Source: Octopus vulgaris
Taxonomy: Eukaryota
Direction of reading: 5' to 3'
Length of the DNA: 64,000 nt
Assembly (NCBI GenBank): GCA_951406725.2
Contig: OX597827.1
Span: 19,840,001 to 19,904,000 of the forward strand
Part shown: positions 53,014 to 64,000 of the stretch, piece after piece
Numbering within the stretch: position 1 is the stretch's first letter
How the letters are laid out: each line of letters opens with the position of its first letter
Notes under the pieces: model-generated
The model's input: only the letters and a program-made list of their open reading frames with translations
The model's database searches: none
Told to the model about the DNA's origin: nothing
Program-made: the position numbers and the translations under genes

Positions 53014-53400
53014 TTCTACTCGAACTATCGAGTCAATGATGTGATACAGAGCGATGAACCGCCTGAGGAAGTCAAAGCCCAGTCCAAACCGCACAAGCAC
53101 AGTCGCCAGGTATCGATGGTCGACCCCATCAAAAGCTTTAGATCGGTCTAAATGCACCAATGCCCCACCTTTGCCAGAGTTATCAACAACCTCTCTATGG
53201 TATAGCGAATAAGATGGAGATTATCCTGACTGGTTCTGCCTGGGATGGCACATATCTGTGCCTACCTGACAATAACATTCGCGACACGCGCCAACCTTTT
53301 TCCTAAAACCTTGGCCAAAATCTTCCCTTCTGTGTTTAACAGAGTGATGGGCCTGAAATTATCTAAAACGTCCCCATTGTCCAGGTCCTTTCTGAACAAG
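53014..53400 (-). mobile_element. Tx1/L1-like RT fragment
   Basis: NFRPITLLNTEGKILAKVL and KAFDGVDHRYL. Confidence 0.75.
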
Positions 53401-53834
53401 GCAGATGAAGAGATATTCTAGAAACGCTTGTCCATTGTAATACCTCTTTGTTTAACTAATTGACTTAAGAAACAGCGAGGATCTAACAAATGGAGCCACA
53501 AAAATATTCACAGAGTGGAATCAGTTTTTTTTACTGTGAAGAAGAAGAAGAAGAAGAAGAAGAAGAAAGAGCTGGTGTTGGAAGCAGTGGCTTTCATCGT
53601 CATTCCCGCCCCCTCCATTACATTATATTTGTATCACAACCATAAAAACTTCCACCGCCAACGTCGCAGGTTTTTTTTTTAAAGATACAAATTATTATGT
53701 AATTCTAGATACATTTTGTTTGACCTATGGTCAAGGCTGCTTGTGGCCGTAAGATCAAAATTGATCTGGGGCTCAACAACCACTGAACAGCGACTCATAT
53801 GGTTGCGCTCTTATGACCACCCTAAACCACTTCA

Positions 53835-54140
53835 GTGGAGGCACATGGCCTAGTGGTTAGAGCAATGGACTCGCGGTCGAGGGATCGCGGGTTCGAATCT
53901 CAGACCGGGCGATGCGTGTGTTTATGAGCGAAAACACCTAAGCTCCACGCGGTTCCGGCAGAAAGTAATGGCGAACTTCTGCTGACTCTTTCGCCACAAC
54001 TTTCTTTCACTCTTTCCTCCTGCATCTTGCAGCTCACCTGCGACGAACCGGCGTCACGTCCAGGTGGGAACCTATACGCCAAGAAACCGGGAGACCGGCT
54101 CTTATGAGCCAGGCATGGCTCGAGAAGGAACAAAAAAAAA
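53835..54140 (+). mobile_element. SINE family B
   Basis: TSD ccacttca. Confidence 0.93.
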
Positions 54141-54774
54141 CCCACTTCAACAACCAGGCACGAGAGACAACTATACACAACCTCGCTCCAACTACTTCAA
54201 CAACCTCACTCTATAGTGAACATCCAATAGCTGACAGCCATTAGTCAATACAGTTTCCAACAAGCAAGTGTATTTTGTCACAGCTCTATCACGGATCGGT
54301 CGACAGAATCGATCAGTGCTACAGTCATTGATTAGATGAGTCCATATGAGAGCACATCATTTGAGTGTGTCATTTGGCCAACTTCTTTTTATGTTTTTTT
54401 TTATCACCCACGGCATATTTATTATATCACTGCTTTTCATTTTAAGGAGCGAAAATATTGAAATTCACTTCAAAATATTAGCTTCAGAATCAAAATTCAG
54501 AGTATTTTTACTCTACAGTCAGTGGAAGAACTCAATGTTACGACTAATCTGCCATGCTAGCATTTTTCTTCTTTGATACTTTGTCTTAATTTCAATATCG
54601 AAGATCAGCATTTCTTTACAATATGAGATGGTTGCAGTCAGAAACTTTACCTTACAGCAAAGTTCGGCTTGAACTGAGACCAAAGACATTATATATATAT
54701 AGATATTTTTTTAATGTTTCAGCTGCAAAGTTACGGTCATGCTGGAGCACCACCATTGACTGAGCTACACTATT

Positions 54775-55704
54775 ATTTGGAACCTTCTCTAATATGTGGC
54801 ATTTGGTCAATGAGGGAGTTTGATGCTACTGCCCTCATCTGTGTTTCCTGCCGTGAGGTAGGCTCGTCTGGAATCCGTAACAGGATGAGATTCAGTTTTG
54901 TTTTAAAGACACTTACATCCACACCATCCAGGTCTCTCAGGCATTTTTTGAAAGATATTAAAGAACTGTGGGTCCTTGAAGCCCAAGCTGTTGCAGTATC
55001 TGGTCCTGTATTTTGATGGCGGTGCTGGGATCTTTGGCACTATGCAGTGGCGCCCCGTTCTGCAGTTTGAGTAGCTTTCAATGCCAAAGTTTGGTACAAG
55101 GCCTACTAGGATTTTCCAGATGTATATCACTGCATATCTCTCCCGCCTTCGTTCCAGGGAGAAGAGTTTTAATTCTTTCAGTCTTTCCCAGTAGCTGATA
55201 TGTTGTATCGAGACGATTTTCTTAGTGTAGCTTCGTTGGATTGCTTCGAATTCCACCATGGATTTTTTATTGTGTGGTGACCATAGTTGGGAGCAATAGT
55301 CTAAGCAGCTGAGAACGTATGTCCTCCAAAGGATCATCGATGTCTCCTTTTTTCTTGTTTTGAAAGTTCAGAAGATCCATCCGTCTGCATTTTATTGCCA
55401 AATTGGTAAAATACACTTGGAAAGATGCATCATTGCTCATGTCAATGCCCAGGTCAGGCACTGGTTCTGATTCAGGGATTTCAATTCAACCTGGGCCAGT
55501 GTATCCTGTCTGCAATTCGTTTAGCTTTGTGTGTTGGTAGCGTAGAGCCTGGAATTTTCCTGCATTAAACTGCATGTTGTTGTCCTCAGTCCACCTGTAT
55601 ATTGCGCCCAACTCCCGTTGCAGATGTGCAATATTTCCAGGGTTTTTTATTGTCTGAGAGACTTTTGTGTCATCTCCATAGCTAGCAAGGGTGGCTATCT
55701 GACG
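54775..55704 (-). mobile_element. CR1-like LINE, 3' half
   Basis: SYGDDTKV, NNMQFNAGKF, LDYCSQLWSP, YWERLKELKLFSLERRRER. Confidence 0.9.
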
Positions 55705-56610
55705 CAAAAAAAATGGTCGTGGGTTGTAGTTTAGGATTAAAAGAGGGTTATTGTAGGTTGGCATAAAACGAAAGTGTAAAAACGCGAGAGACGTGTCGCT
55801 GTTTTGTGTGGTTGACAAAGTGAAAGTAGATTAAATGGGTTTGTTTAGAGGAAAAGCAAAATATTTACACGTAGTGCGAAACTAAGCGAGCGGCAGCAAA
55901 GTTATATAAAATTACTTTGAGCGGTTATAGAGATGCTGTATTATGAAATGTAAATAGACAACACGTTTAGACTAGGATCCCAAACGTTCCAAACGTCTCG
56001 AGCCGAAGCTGTCTCATTTTATAGATGTAAATATACAATCATTCCGGAAGTCGAAACACGATCTGAAACATTTCGGATAAAAGGTTAGTAACTGTAACAA
56101 ATAACAAGGTTTCATACATAGAACCGGTACTTAACTCTGGTTAATCTGTTCAGAGACAATAGAGCACTGCATAGGGCATTGTACTTATTGCAAATTACTC
56201 TTTCCAGCCTGCAACAGTTTGTGTGATGTTGAGCTGGCATGCCCCTCCCCTTTAACACAGACGACATGTTGTGACGTAAGGAAAACTTTACTTATGTTGT
56301 GATCAGTTTCTCCAGGATAGTAACAGTCCAGATTCCAACTCTTTTCTCCGAAACAAAAGTACTTTCCCACTCAGGAAACATTAAGAGCAGGGCTGTTCAC
56401 ATCTAGAGGGATTGAGCCACTTGAGATTCGGGTGTCTGGTTACAATGCACCGCTGAGCCTCTTGCTACTGTTGATCAGGTGTGTTTCAACCGACATAAAA
56501 TGGAAACGGCGAATAAATGGTAAGGAATAGAGAGAAGTCCCCTCATCTCGAACATTCGTTCTTCAAATATGGAAATAGCTGGAGAGGAAACTCATACGGC
56601 ACAAAGTCTA

Positions 56611-56679
<69 letters not shown>

Positions 56680-57180
56680 CAAACTGAAGGAAGGGATAAT
56701 ATGTCCTATCCATAAGGGATAAAGCAGAGCAGATGCTAAAAATTATAGGCCTATCTTTCTGACCTCACACATCAGTAAAGTCCTGGAACGAATAGTCTGC
56801 AAGAAACTAATCACGTTCCTAGAAGAAAATGACTCGCTGACTGACACCCAGCATGGATTTCGGCCAGGTAGAAGCTGTCTGACACAGCTCCTGCAACACT
56901 GCGTCTTGGTGTTAAAACAGCTGCTGAATAACTCAAGCGTGGATGTGATATATCTCGACTTTGCAAAAGTCTTTGATAAAGTTGACCATGGTATGATATG
57001 TCACAAATTGCGCCATCTCGGCATATGCGGAAAACTTGGAGAATGGCTGCACAACTTTCTTAAGGATAGACGTAAGGCAGTAGCGGCCAATGGGGCCACC
57101 TCCAAGGAAACGCAAATAGCAAGTGGTGTTACACGGGGCACTGTCTTGGGGCCACTGCTGTTCATAGTGGCCCTCTCGGA
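56680..57180 (+). mobile_element. CR1-like LINE, RT 5' half (opposite orientation)
   Basis: NYRPI, QHGFRPGRSCLTQLL, DVIYLDFAKVFDKVDH, SGVTRGTVLGPLLF. Confidence 0.9.
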
Positions 57181-58049
57181 TTTTCCAAACTTTCCCGATC
57201 TTTCCATGTAAGTGGTTTCTCTCTCTCTCACCCCCAAAATTGTTAGACTCAAAACCGGGCTTCGGAATTCCGCGTAACAAATTATGAACCGCATTTTAAT
57301 AATGAATTTTAAAATGAAGAGAAAGAGGAAGAGAGAAGGAAACGAAAAAGAAAATCTAAGTTTAAGGTTGAGAAGGTTGTCCAAGCGATGGTGTTCCTCA
57401 TTGTTGCTGACTTGTAAGAAGCAGTCACAAGATTATTGATGTTACTAAAATTTAATTTAATCTTTTTGAAAGTATCAACATTAGGATCTTTATTTTCTAA
57501 TTTGTTTGCTCCATCAAGAGATACCTTTCAATTCGTTCTTTATTCCATTTCAATTCTTCATTTTTTTTCCATTTTGCAGAAAATTAACCTTGAGGTTTTT
57601 ATGTTGTTATTGAAGATATTTTCTGAAATTTGTCTTCGTACAATCCGATAATTATAATTTAACATCTGAAACAAAACAACCGGAAGTAAATAAATGATAT
57701 TTGCATGTCACCATCGCAACCTTCCTTCATTTGTCAAGAAAAAAAGGGGAAAAAAACAGTAGTGAAATGCTGTTGTTAATGAATCTGGAAAAGGTTTTAT
57801 TTGTGATGACATCAACATCATCAACATTTAATTTTCAATCGCAACAAACTGTAATAATTTTAAAGAATCCTTTAAGGAAACTTTAAAATATTTCTTTTTG
57901 ATGATTCGTCCATTCTCTAGTTTCATTCCAAATTGGCAAAGATTGTTGCTGTTGTTGTTTTGCCCCCAGGTCAGCTCTGTTGTAAAAAAAAATAGAACCA
58001 GGATCACAGGAAATCCAGCCGTAAACATTTCGTCTACATTATCCGATAT

Positions 58050-59830
58050 GTTCTTTTTTTTAAATCCTTGGATGCGATTATATAAAGATTTGACTGTTAT
58101 CTTTAACATGTCTAGCGACCACATACTATTCTACGATTGGGTATTAAAGCAAAGAATTCACGCAGTTCGACATTTGTCTAAGGTTGACAGAAGCAAATGA
58201 ATTTCAAAATATCAGGACAAATCATACCAAAGGTTAAGTCGAAACCTGTAAAAAGTTTAGAACGATGCTACACCATCTTGTCTGATAAGAGAAGAGGCAT
58301 TGAGATCATGGCACAAACTGAGGATGGGTGAAAAGCAATTGATAAGTCAAAACTACCAGAGAAATACAAGATTTGGTGTTTGCATTTTGGTCTCTAGCTC
58401 CATCTTGCTTGGTCCCTGAGAATATACGAAGTAGCGTTATCGACAGTGGAGACCATGAAGCGAAAATGCAGTATTTGCATCACAAATAGTTCGGTTTACC
58501 TCGAACGATTAACAGTTCAGCGCCATATCGAAAGATGTCTCGTCAACTGCCTATCAACTCAATTGCTAAGATCTGCGAAGCTGGAAAGATGCAAACAGTC
58601 ATGATACTGATGTTGTCCGAAACTGTAGAAATACAGGACAATCCGTCAGGTGTAAAAACTGCAGGAAAACAGTGCACAAAGAAAGAAACTGATGACGTAA
58701 CAGCATCATTGGAGCCGGGTGCAATTCAAAGCAATTGGAAAGGTATTGGTTCCGTTTAAACCATTTTCATCGATGGCACAGAGGGAGTACAGAGCCTCAG
58801 TTCATGGCTGTGTAACACAACCCGAAAAGGGAACTGCATTCGATTCAGTGCCCTCAGCAAGTCCAGATAATCAAGTGGGAAGAAGTTATTGAGAAGAAAG
58901 TGTGGCGGGATGATATTTGCAAGTGGAACACCTCACAGTTCCCCTTCCCCCTTCGATCCACCTATGATGTATTGCCATTTACCACCATCACATCCCTCAA
59001 CTGCTGAAATGGAAACTAGCGAATGACGACAGGCGTAGATGAGGAAAAGTTGGCACGCTAAAGCATATTCTAACTGCTCGATGGCGTTGGAAATTTATAC
59101 ATGGAGGTATATGCAATGGGGTCCTTAAAATACTCTACAATGTCGGTAAGAAGCAGACGGAAATTATCAATAGTGGAAAGAAGCTGCAGAAGGATGGTAG
59201 TAAACAGTTTATCACGTTTGTCAATGTCAAGATGGTTACCCAAAACGGAAGGAGAAATTTGCTAATGAGGATAAATGAGATGGAATATGAGAGGTGGCAG
59301 CAGCAGATTTTGAAGCATGTGAACGCCTCTTTCCAACACTAACAAAGAAGAAGCCGGATATGACAAGATGGTGTGAGGAAAGTAAGATAATACAACTTTT
59401 TGAATTAACTGTCCAATACGAAGACAGTACAGATGCAGCCCAGATTAAGAAAGATGAGCATTATCAGACGGAACTAGTAGACTGTGTAGATATTGGCTGG
59501 AGTCAATACACTTCCTGTAGTAATTGAATGGAAGGGTTTTATTGCAACCAAACTGAAACAGTGGCTGTTATCGATTGGTGTCAAACATCAGCAAGCAAAC
59601 ACCATTTTGAAAGAAATCCAGGCAACAGTTGAGATCCAACCATTGGATATGGCTAAACAGGAATATCCTGGCTAGAGAGGTGATGATCTTGAAAAGGACT
59701 TGAGATCGAATACTGATAGTCGAACAAGTAGGTAGGGGTTTCGCTTCAGTGAGGGGACTGGTGCGCAGTAAAGTCACCAAGGGTCCCGAAACTCTGAGTA
59801 TTCTCTCCTGATGACTTCTAAAACCTAATG
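58050..59830 (+). mobile_element. Degenerate RLE non-LTR element (Hero/NeSL-like)
   Basis: GTLKHIL..YTWR zinc-knuckle remnant, KKPD...ELTVQYED...GW and PV.IEWKGF. Confidence 0.7.
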
Positions 59831-60664
59831 ATGCCCAGTATGCAAACTGACTGCACTTGCACTAACAGGTTGTTTCGAAGTCTCTAAAGTTTGTTGAAAG
59901 GGAATACACACAGACATACACAAATGTATGTATTGAAACGATCGTAATTAATGAATAAATGTAATATCATCACTTTTATTCTTGAACTTACTCTATCATA
60001 CTCCACAACTAACAAGTTCTCTCTAGAATTTCAGTTTGTATAGAATAGTTTGACCATTTCTAACTGACCATTTTCTATGTATTCATTAACCAGTGTTCTC
60101 AGGAATGCTGACTGTGGAAACCGCTCGGATTTCTAAATCCCCTTTAATCTTAGGTATATATCGCATGTGTGTGTGTGTGTGTGTGTGAGTGAGAGAGAGA
60201 GAGAGAGAGAGTCTGTATTGATATTTACTGATCCTGGGTATTTTCTTGACATTAAATGGTTCTTGGAAGTCAATCTCGCGTATTTTACTGACAAATGAAG
60301 GACAAAAAATACAAAGTGAAAGTAAAAAAATGTCTAGAATATTTTTTTTATTTTTGTCACTGTTTTCCATTTGCTTTGATTTATAAATGTAGCAGACATT
60401 TAATTTATAAGAACAGTAATATTAATATGTATAACAGTAATAACCTGCTGTGAAGTTTATGGTCTGAATTTCTCTATGAAGTAACTCATAGCAAAGCCGC
60501 CCTCTCAGTGTATGTGTATATGTGTATATACACGTCCACACATGTGCACGCACCACAACACACACACATGTACTTACATTCATACACTTATCCATGTGTG
60601 TATGTGTGTGTTTGTACGTGCGTGTGTATGTGTGTGTGTGTATTTATTTATATATATTTATATA

Positions 60665-60731
<67 letters not shown>

Positions 60732-62455
60732 CACAAAATGTATATAATGCACACAAAAGCGAGAGACAGTCACAAAGATAATAGCCAAGTCTATAACTAT
60801 TAATGATATGACCAAGTAACTGTCTTTATGCCGCTGATCGATCTGCTAGATTTAGCAGTCAAATATTCCGTAAGTGACATTTCAGTCTGAAAACGACTGT
60901 AGCTGAGTTAATGACGGTTTTCATAAATCTACTGAATCAAGGTTCATCTGTGGCTAAACAAGACAAGCAATTTGTTAGGGACACAGCCATGGAAAATTAC
61001 AGAATGGAAAATTACAGAAGGAAAAAGGGAAAGAGGAAAAAAAGAACATTGTAATGTGGAACCCCAAACCTTACCCACCCCACCCATACCCTCTGAGACC
61101 TACCCCTCCCTACTGACACCGAACGCACCCATTCCCCTCCTACACAATCCAAAAAGAAATGCATTCACAACAAATTACAAAGAATTCCCCCTCCCCGTGG
61201 CGTAAATTACGTTTGTATTCTGACGGACAATGACAATGAGCAACTAATTTGGAAGGTAACAGGTTGGAAGACGGCAAGAATGGTTCATACAGAAGCATAA
61301 ACGAACACAATAGGGTGGCACGTGTGTGTGCTACTTTCAGAAAACCAGGTGGAGGAGGTGAAAAAATAGAAAAAAATAGGTTTTAAGTTTTGGAAAATAA
61401 ATAGACATGCAAAGGATACCAGACAACATAGGGTACGAGGAACTATCAGAGAAAATCAATATCAGGGGTATTCCCTAATTTATCTCAGGACCGTCTTATT
61501 CAGATTTTTTTACAACACTGTATATTAGCGACAACTTCCTGTCGTATTGAGAAGTCGTATCTTGACGTTTTGAAGTAAATACTGATCGCAGTGTGATGTT
61601 TACCACAGATTTATGGCACAATCTACAGTTTCTGTTGGATCTTGGAACGCCAAGGGCTTCAATGCTTCTTTTGTTAATCAGGAAACTTGTGGCCATTTCG
61701 TGTGTGTGCGTGTGTGTGTGGAGATAAACTTGCACTTATCTAATTAGGTGTGAACGTCTGTTTTGTACATGAGCGTATGTGATTACTCTTCGTATGTATA
61801 CGTTTATGAAAACTGTATATACACATTATTGTGTGTATTTAATAATGGAGAATCATTTACAATGTTTTACAAGAGCACTGATTGTTTAATCGATTGGATT
61901 TCGTGGATGCGGGTCAGTTTGCTTTGTTCTTTCTTGGAAAAAAAACCCAGCGTTTCCGGACTTTTATGTAAATCCGTTTCTACAAATGCCCCAGAGCAAC
62001 TACAGTTATAGATGTATCCTGTAGATAGATGCTATAACCTTCGATGAGACATTCACAACCATTGGACAACTGACATCTGCAATATTGAAAGATTTTGTCT
62101 GCTGTGTCATAGAACTATATCAGTTCTGTTGTGGAATGTTCCGCCAGCTTTCCTTATTGTTAAAAAATGGGGATACATTCTGGCTACGGCTTTCAGATCA
62201 TTCAACCTTGCGGATAGTATCATCAACAATAACATGTTTTATGCGAAAGTAGATACCTTGGGGATATTTTTTTGCAATGAAACGGGTGATCTCGTTCACA
62301 CTGCTATCACACAATCAATATTTTCTATCAAAATAATGAAAGTTTGGAAGTAAGTCTTATAACTTTTATTCATCACGTGTTTACTAACCGTATTTTCTTC
62401 TTGAATAGCGAAAGCGTACTGTTGTATGTAGATGTGCGTAGAAGTATCTATGTAC

Positions 62456-62495
<40 letters not shown>

Positions 62496-62865
62496 CGTAA
62501 CTAGTGTATGCATATAACATAATATACGTATGTAATGTAATGCGTGTATGTACTGTTTACGTATGTAATGTATATATGTATGTACAAACATTTATAATTT
62601 GCAAGAGTCGTGGACGTCAGTGGAGAAACACACCTCCAGTTTATTTTGAGATATTATGTATACGTGTAATATATATATATATATATACTGTTATACATGG
62701 GGGTGATCAAATTTTGCCAATTAAACACATGCATTATAGTGCGTGTGTTTAATTGGTGAAAATACACCCCCCCCCCAAATATAACAATATCTTGTTTCAG
62801 GACACGATTTCACATCAAGAATCTTGAAAAACAGAAACTTAAGCGTTTATATATGCATATATATG

Positions 62866-62896
<31 letters not shown>

Positions 62897-62910
62897 ATAT
62901 ATATGTATAT

Positions 62911-62983
<73 letters not shown>

Positions 62984-62986
62984 CAC

Positions 62987-63120
62987 ACGACTTTTTCAGT
63001 TTCTGTCTACCAAATCCACTCGTAAGGATTTGGTCCGCCAACGCTATAGGAGACGACAAGGTGCCACGCAGTGGGACTGAACCTGAAATCCTGTAATTGG
63101 TAAGCAGACTTCTTACCATA
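62987..63120 (-). mobile_element. SINE family C 5' portion, degenerate
   Basis: Matches the head of 16133. Confidence 0.75.
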
Positions 63121-63359
63121 CATGTAATCGACTAACCGCCTCCCCTCGAAAATGCTGGCCTTGTGACAAATTTGGGAAAAAAACTACAAAATATTTTGTT
63201 GAGGACATACATATCAATATGGCGGTGCCCCAGCATGGCCACAGCTCGTGAGCTGAAACTAGATAAAATAAAATAATAAAAAATATATACATACACACAG
63301 TGTAACTGTGTCAGAGACGAAGTCATAGAATTCCGAAGGGATTGTGTGTATGGCATATA

Positions 63360-63413
<54 letters not shown>

Positions 63414-63423
63414 GCCTCTTATC

Positions 63424-63839
63424 TATTTCTTTATTACCCACAAGGGGCTAAACACAGAGAGGACAAACAAGGACAGACAAACGGATCAAGTCGATTACGT
63501 CGACCCCAGTGCGTAACTGGTACTTATTTAATCGACGCCGAAAGGATGAAAGGCAAAGTCGACCTCAGCGGAATTTGAACTCAGAACGTAACAGCAGACG
63601 AAATACGTATTTCTTTACTACCCACAAGGGGATAAACACAGAGAGGACAAGCAAAGACAGACAAACAGATTAAGTCGATTATATCGACCCAAGTGCGTAA
63701 CTGGTACTTATTTAATCGACCCCAAAAGGATGAAAGGCAAAGTCGACCTCGGCGGAATTTGAACTCAGAACGTAACAGCAGACGAAATACGGCTACACAT
63801 TTCGCCTGGCGTGCTAACGTTTCTGCCAGCTTGCGCCTT
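63424..63839 (-). mobile_element. SINE family A tandem dimer
   Basis: Same organisation and junction position as 44516-44931. Confidence 0.9.
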
Positions 63840-64000
63840 CTCAGCTGTCACTGCCATATCCCTGCTGAGCAATTCTCTCTCTCTCTCTCTCTTTGCCAGC
63901 CCACCCTACTTTAGTACTCAATGCCCTGCTGTCCTTCTTGACTCCAAAGCCAGATACACAGAACATACTCGATGTAACTACGAAGTCTCGCCTCATCTCT

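Noticed and set aside
48472-54140. Inverted SINE pairs forming editing substrates in the VMAT intron
   Set aside because: All three family B copies are in the same orientation.
61490-62350. Possible unannotated exon or transposase remnant
   Set aside because: No recognisable motif or consistent splice pair could be supported.
1-64000. CRISPR arrays or prokaryotic operons
   Set aside because: No repeat-spacer periodicity and no gene-dense region; the sequence is eukaryotic.

Overview
Eukaryotic, AT-rich, repeat-dense genomic DNA, most likely from an Octopus species (inferred from the tRNA-derived SINE families and the microsatellite load). Only one host exon is well supported: the first coding exon of a vesicular monoamine transporter (VMAT/SLC18A1-2 type) at 48210-48400 (+). 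A candidate promoter and 5'UTR exon lies near 46.0 kb, and no further exon is recognisable before the window ends. The rest is decayed mobile DNA: R4/Dong-like RLE retrotransposons in microsatellites, CR1, RTE, Tx1 and Hero-like LINE remnants, three mariners, two copies of an 8-bp-TSD MITE, several SINE families and Penelope-like (PLE) remnants. Nearly all ORFs in the supplied track are microsatellite or TE artefacts. Best leads: (1) five or six minimal hammerhead-ribozyme motifs with non-canonical cores in short PLE-type modules, mostly next to (TA)n tracts, one inside an 89-bp near-perfect foldback; (2) SINE homo- and heterodimers inserted under a single TSD; (3) a ~150-bp inverted templated insertion into a SINE; (4) a split, inverted CR1; (5) a long foldback just upstream of the putative VMAT promoter. 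All structures were read by eye and none was computed.
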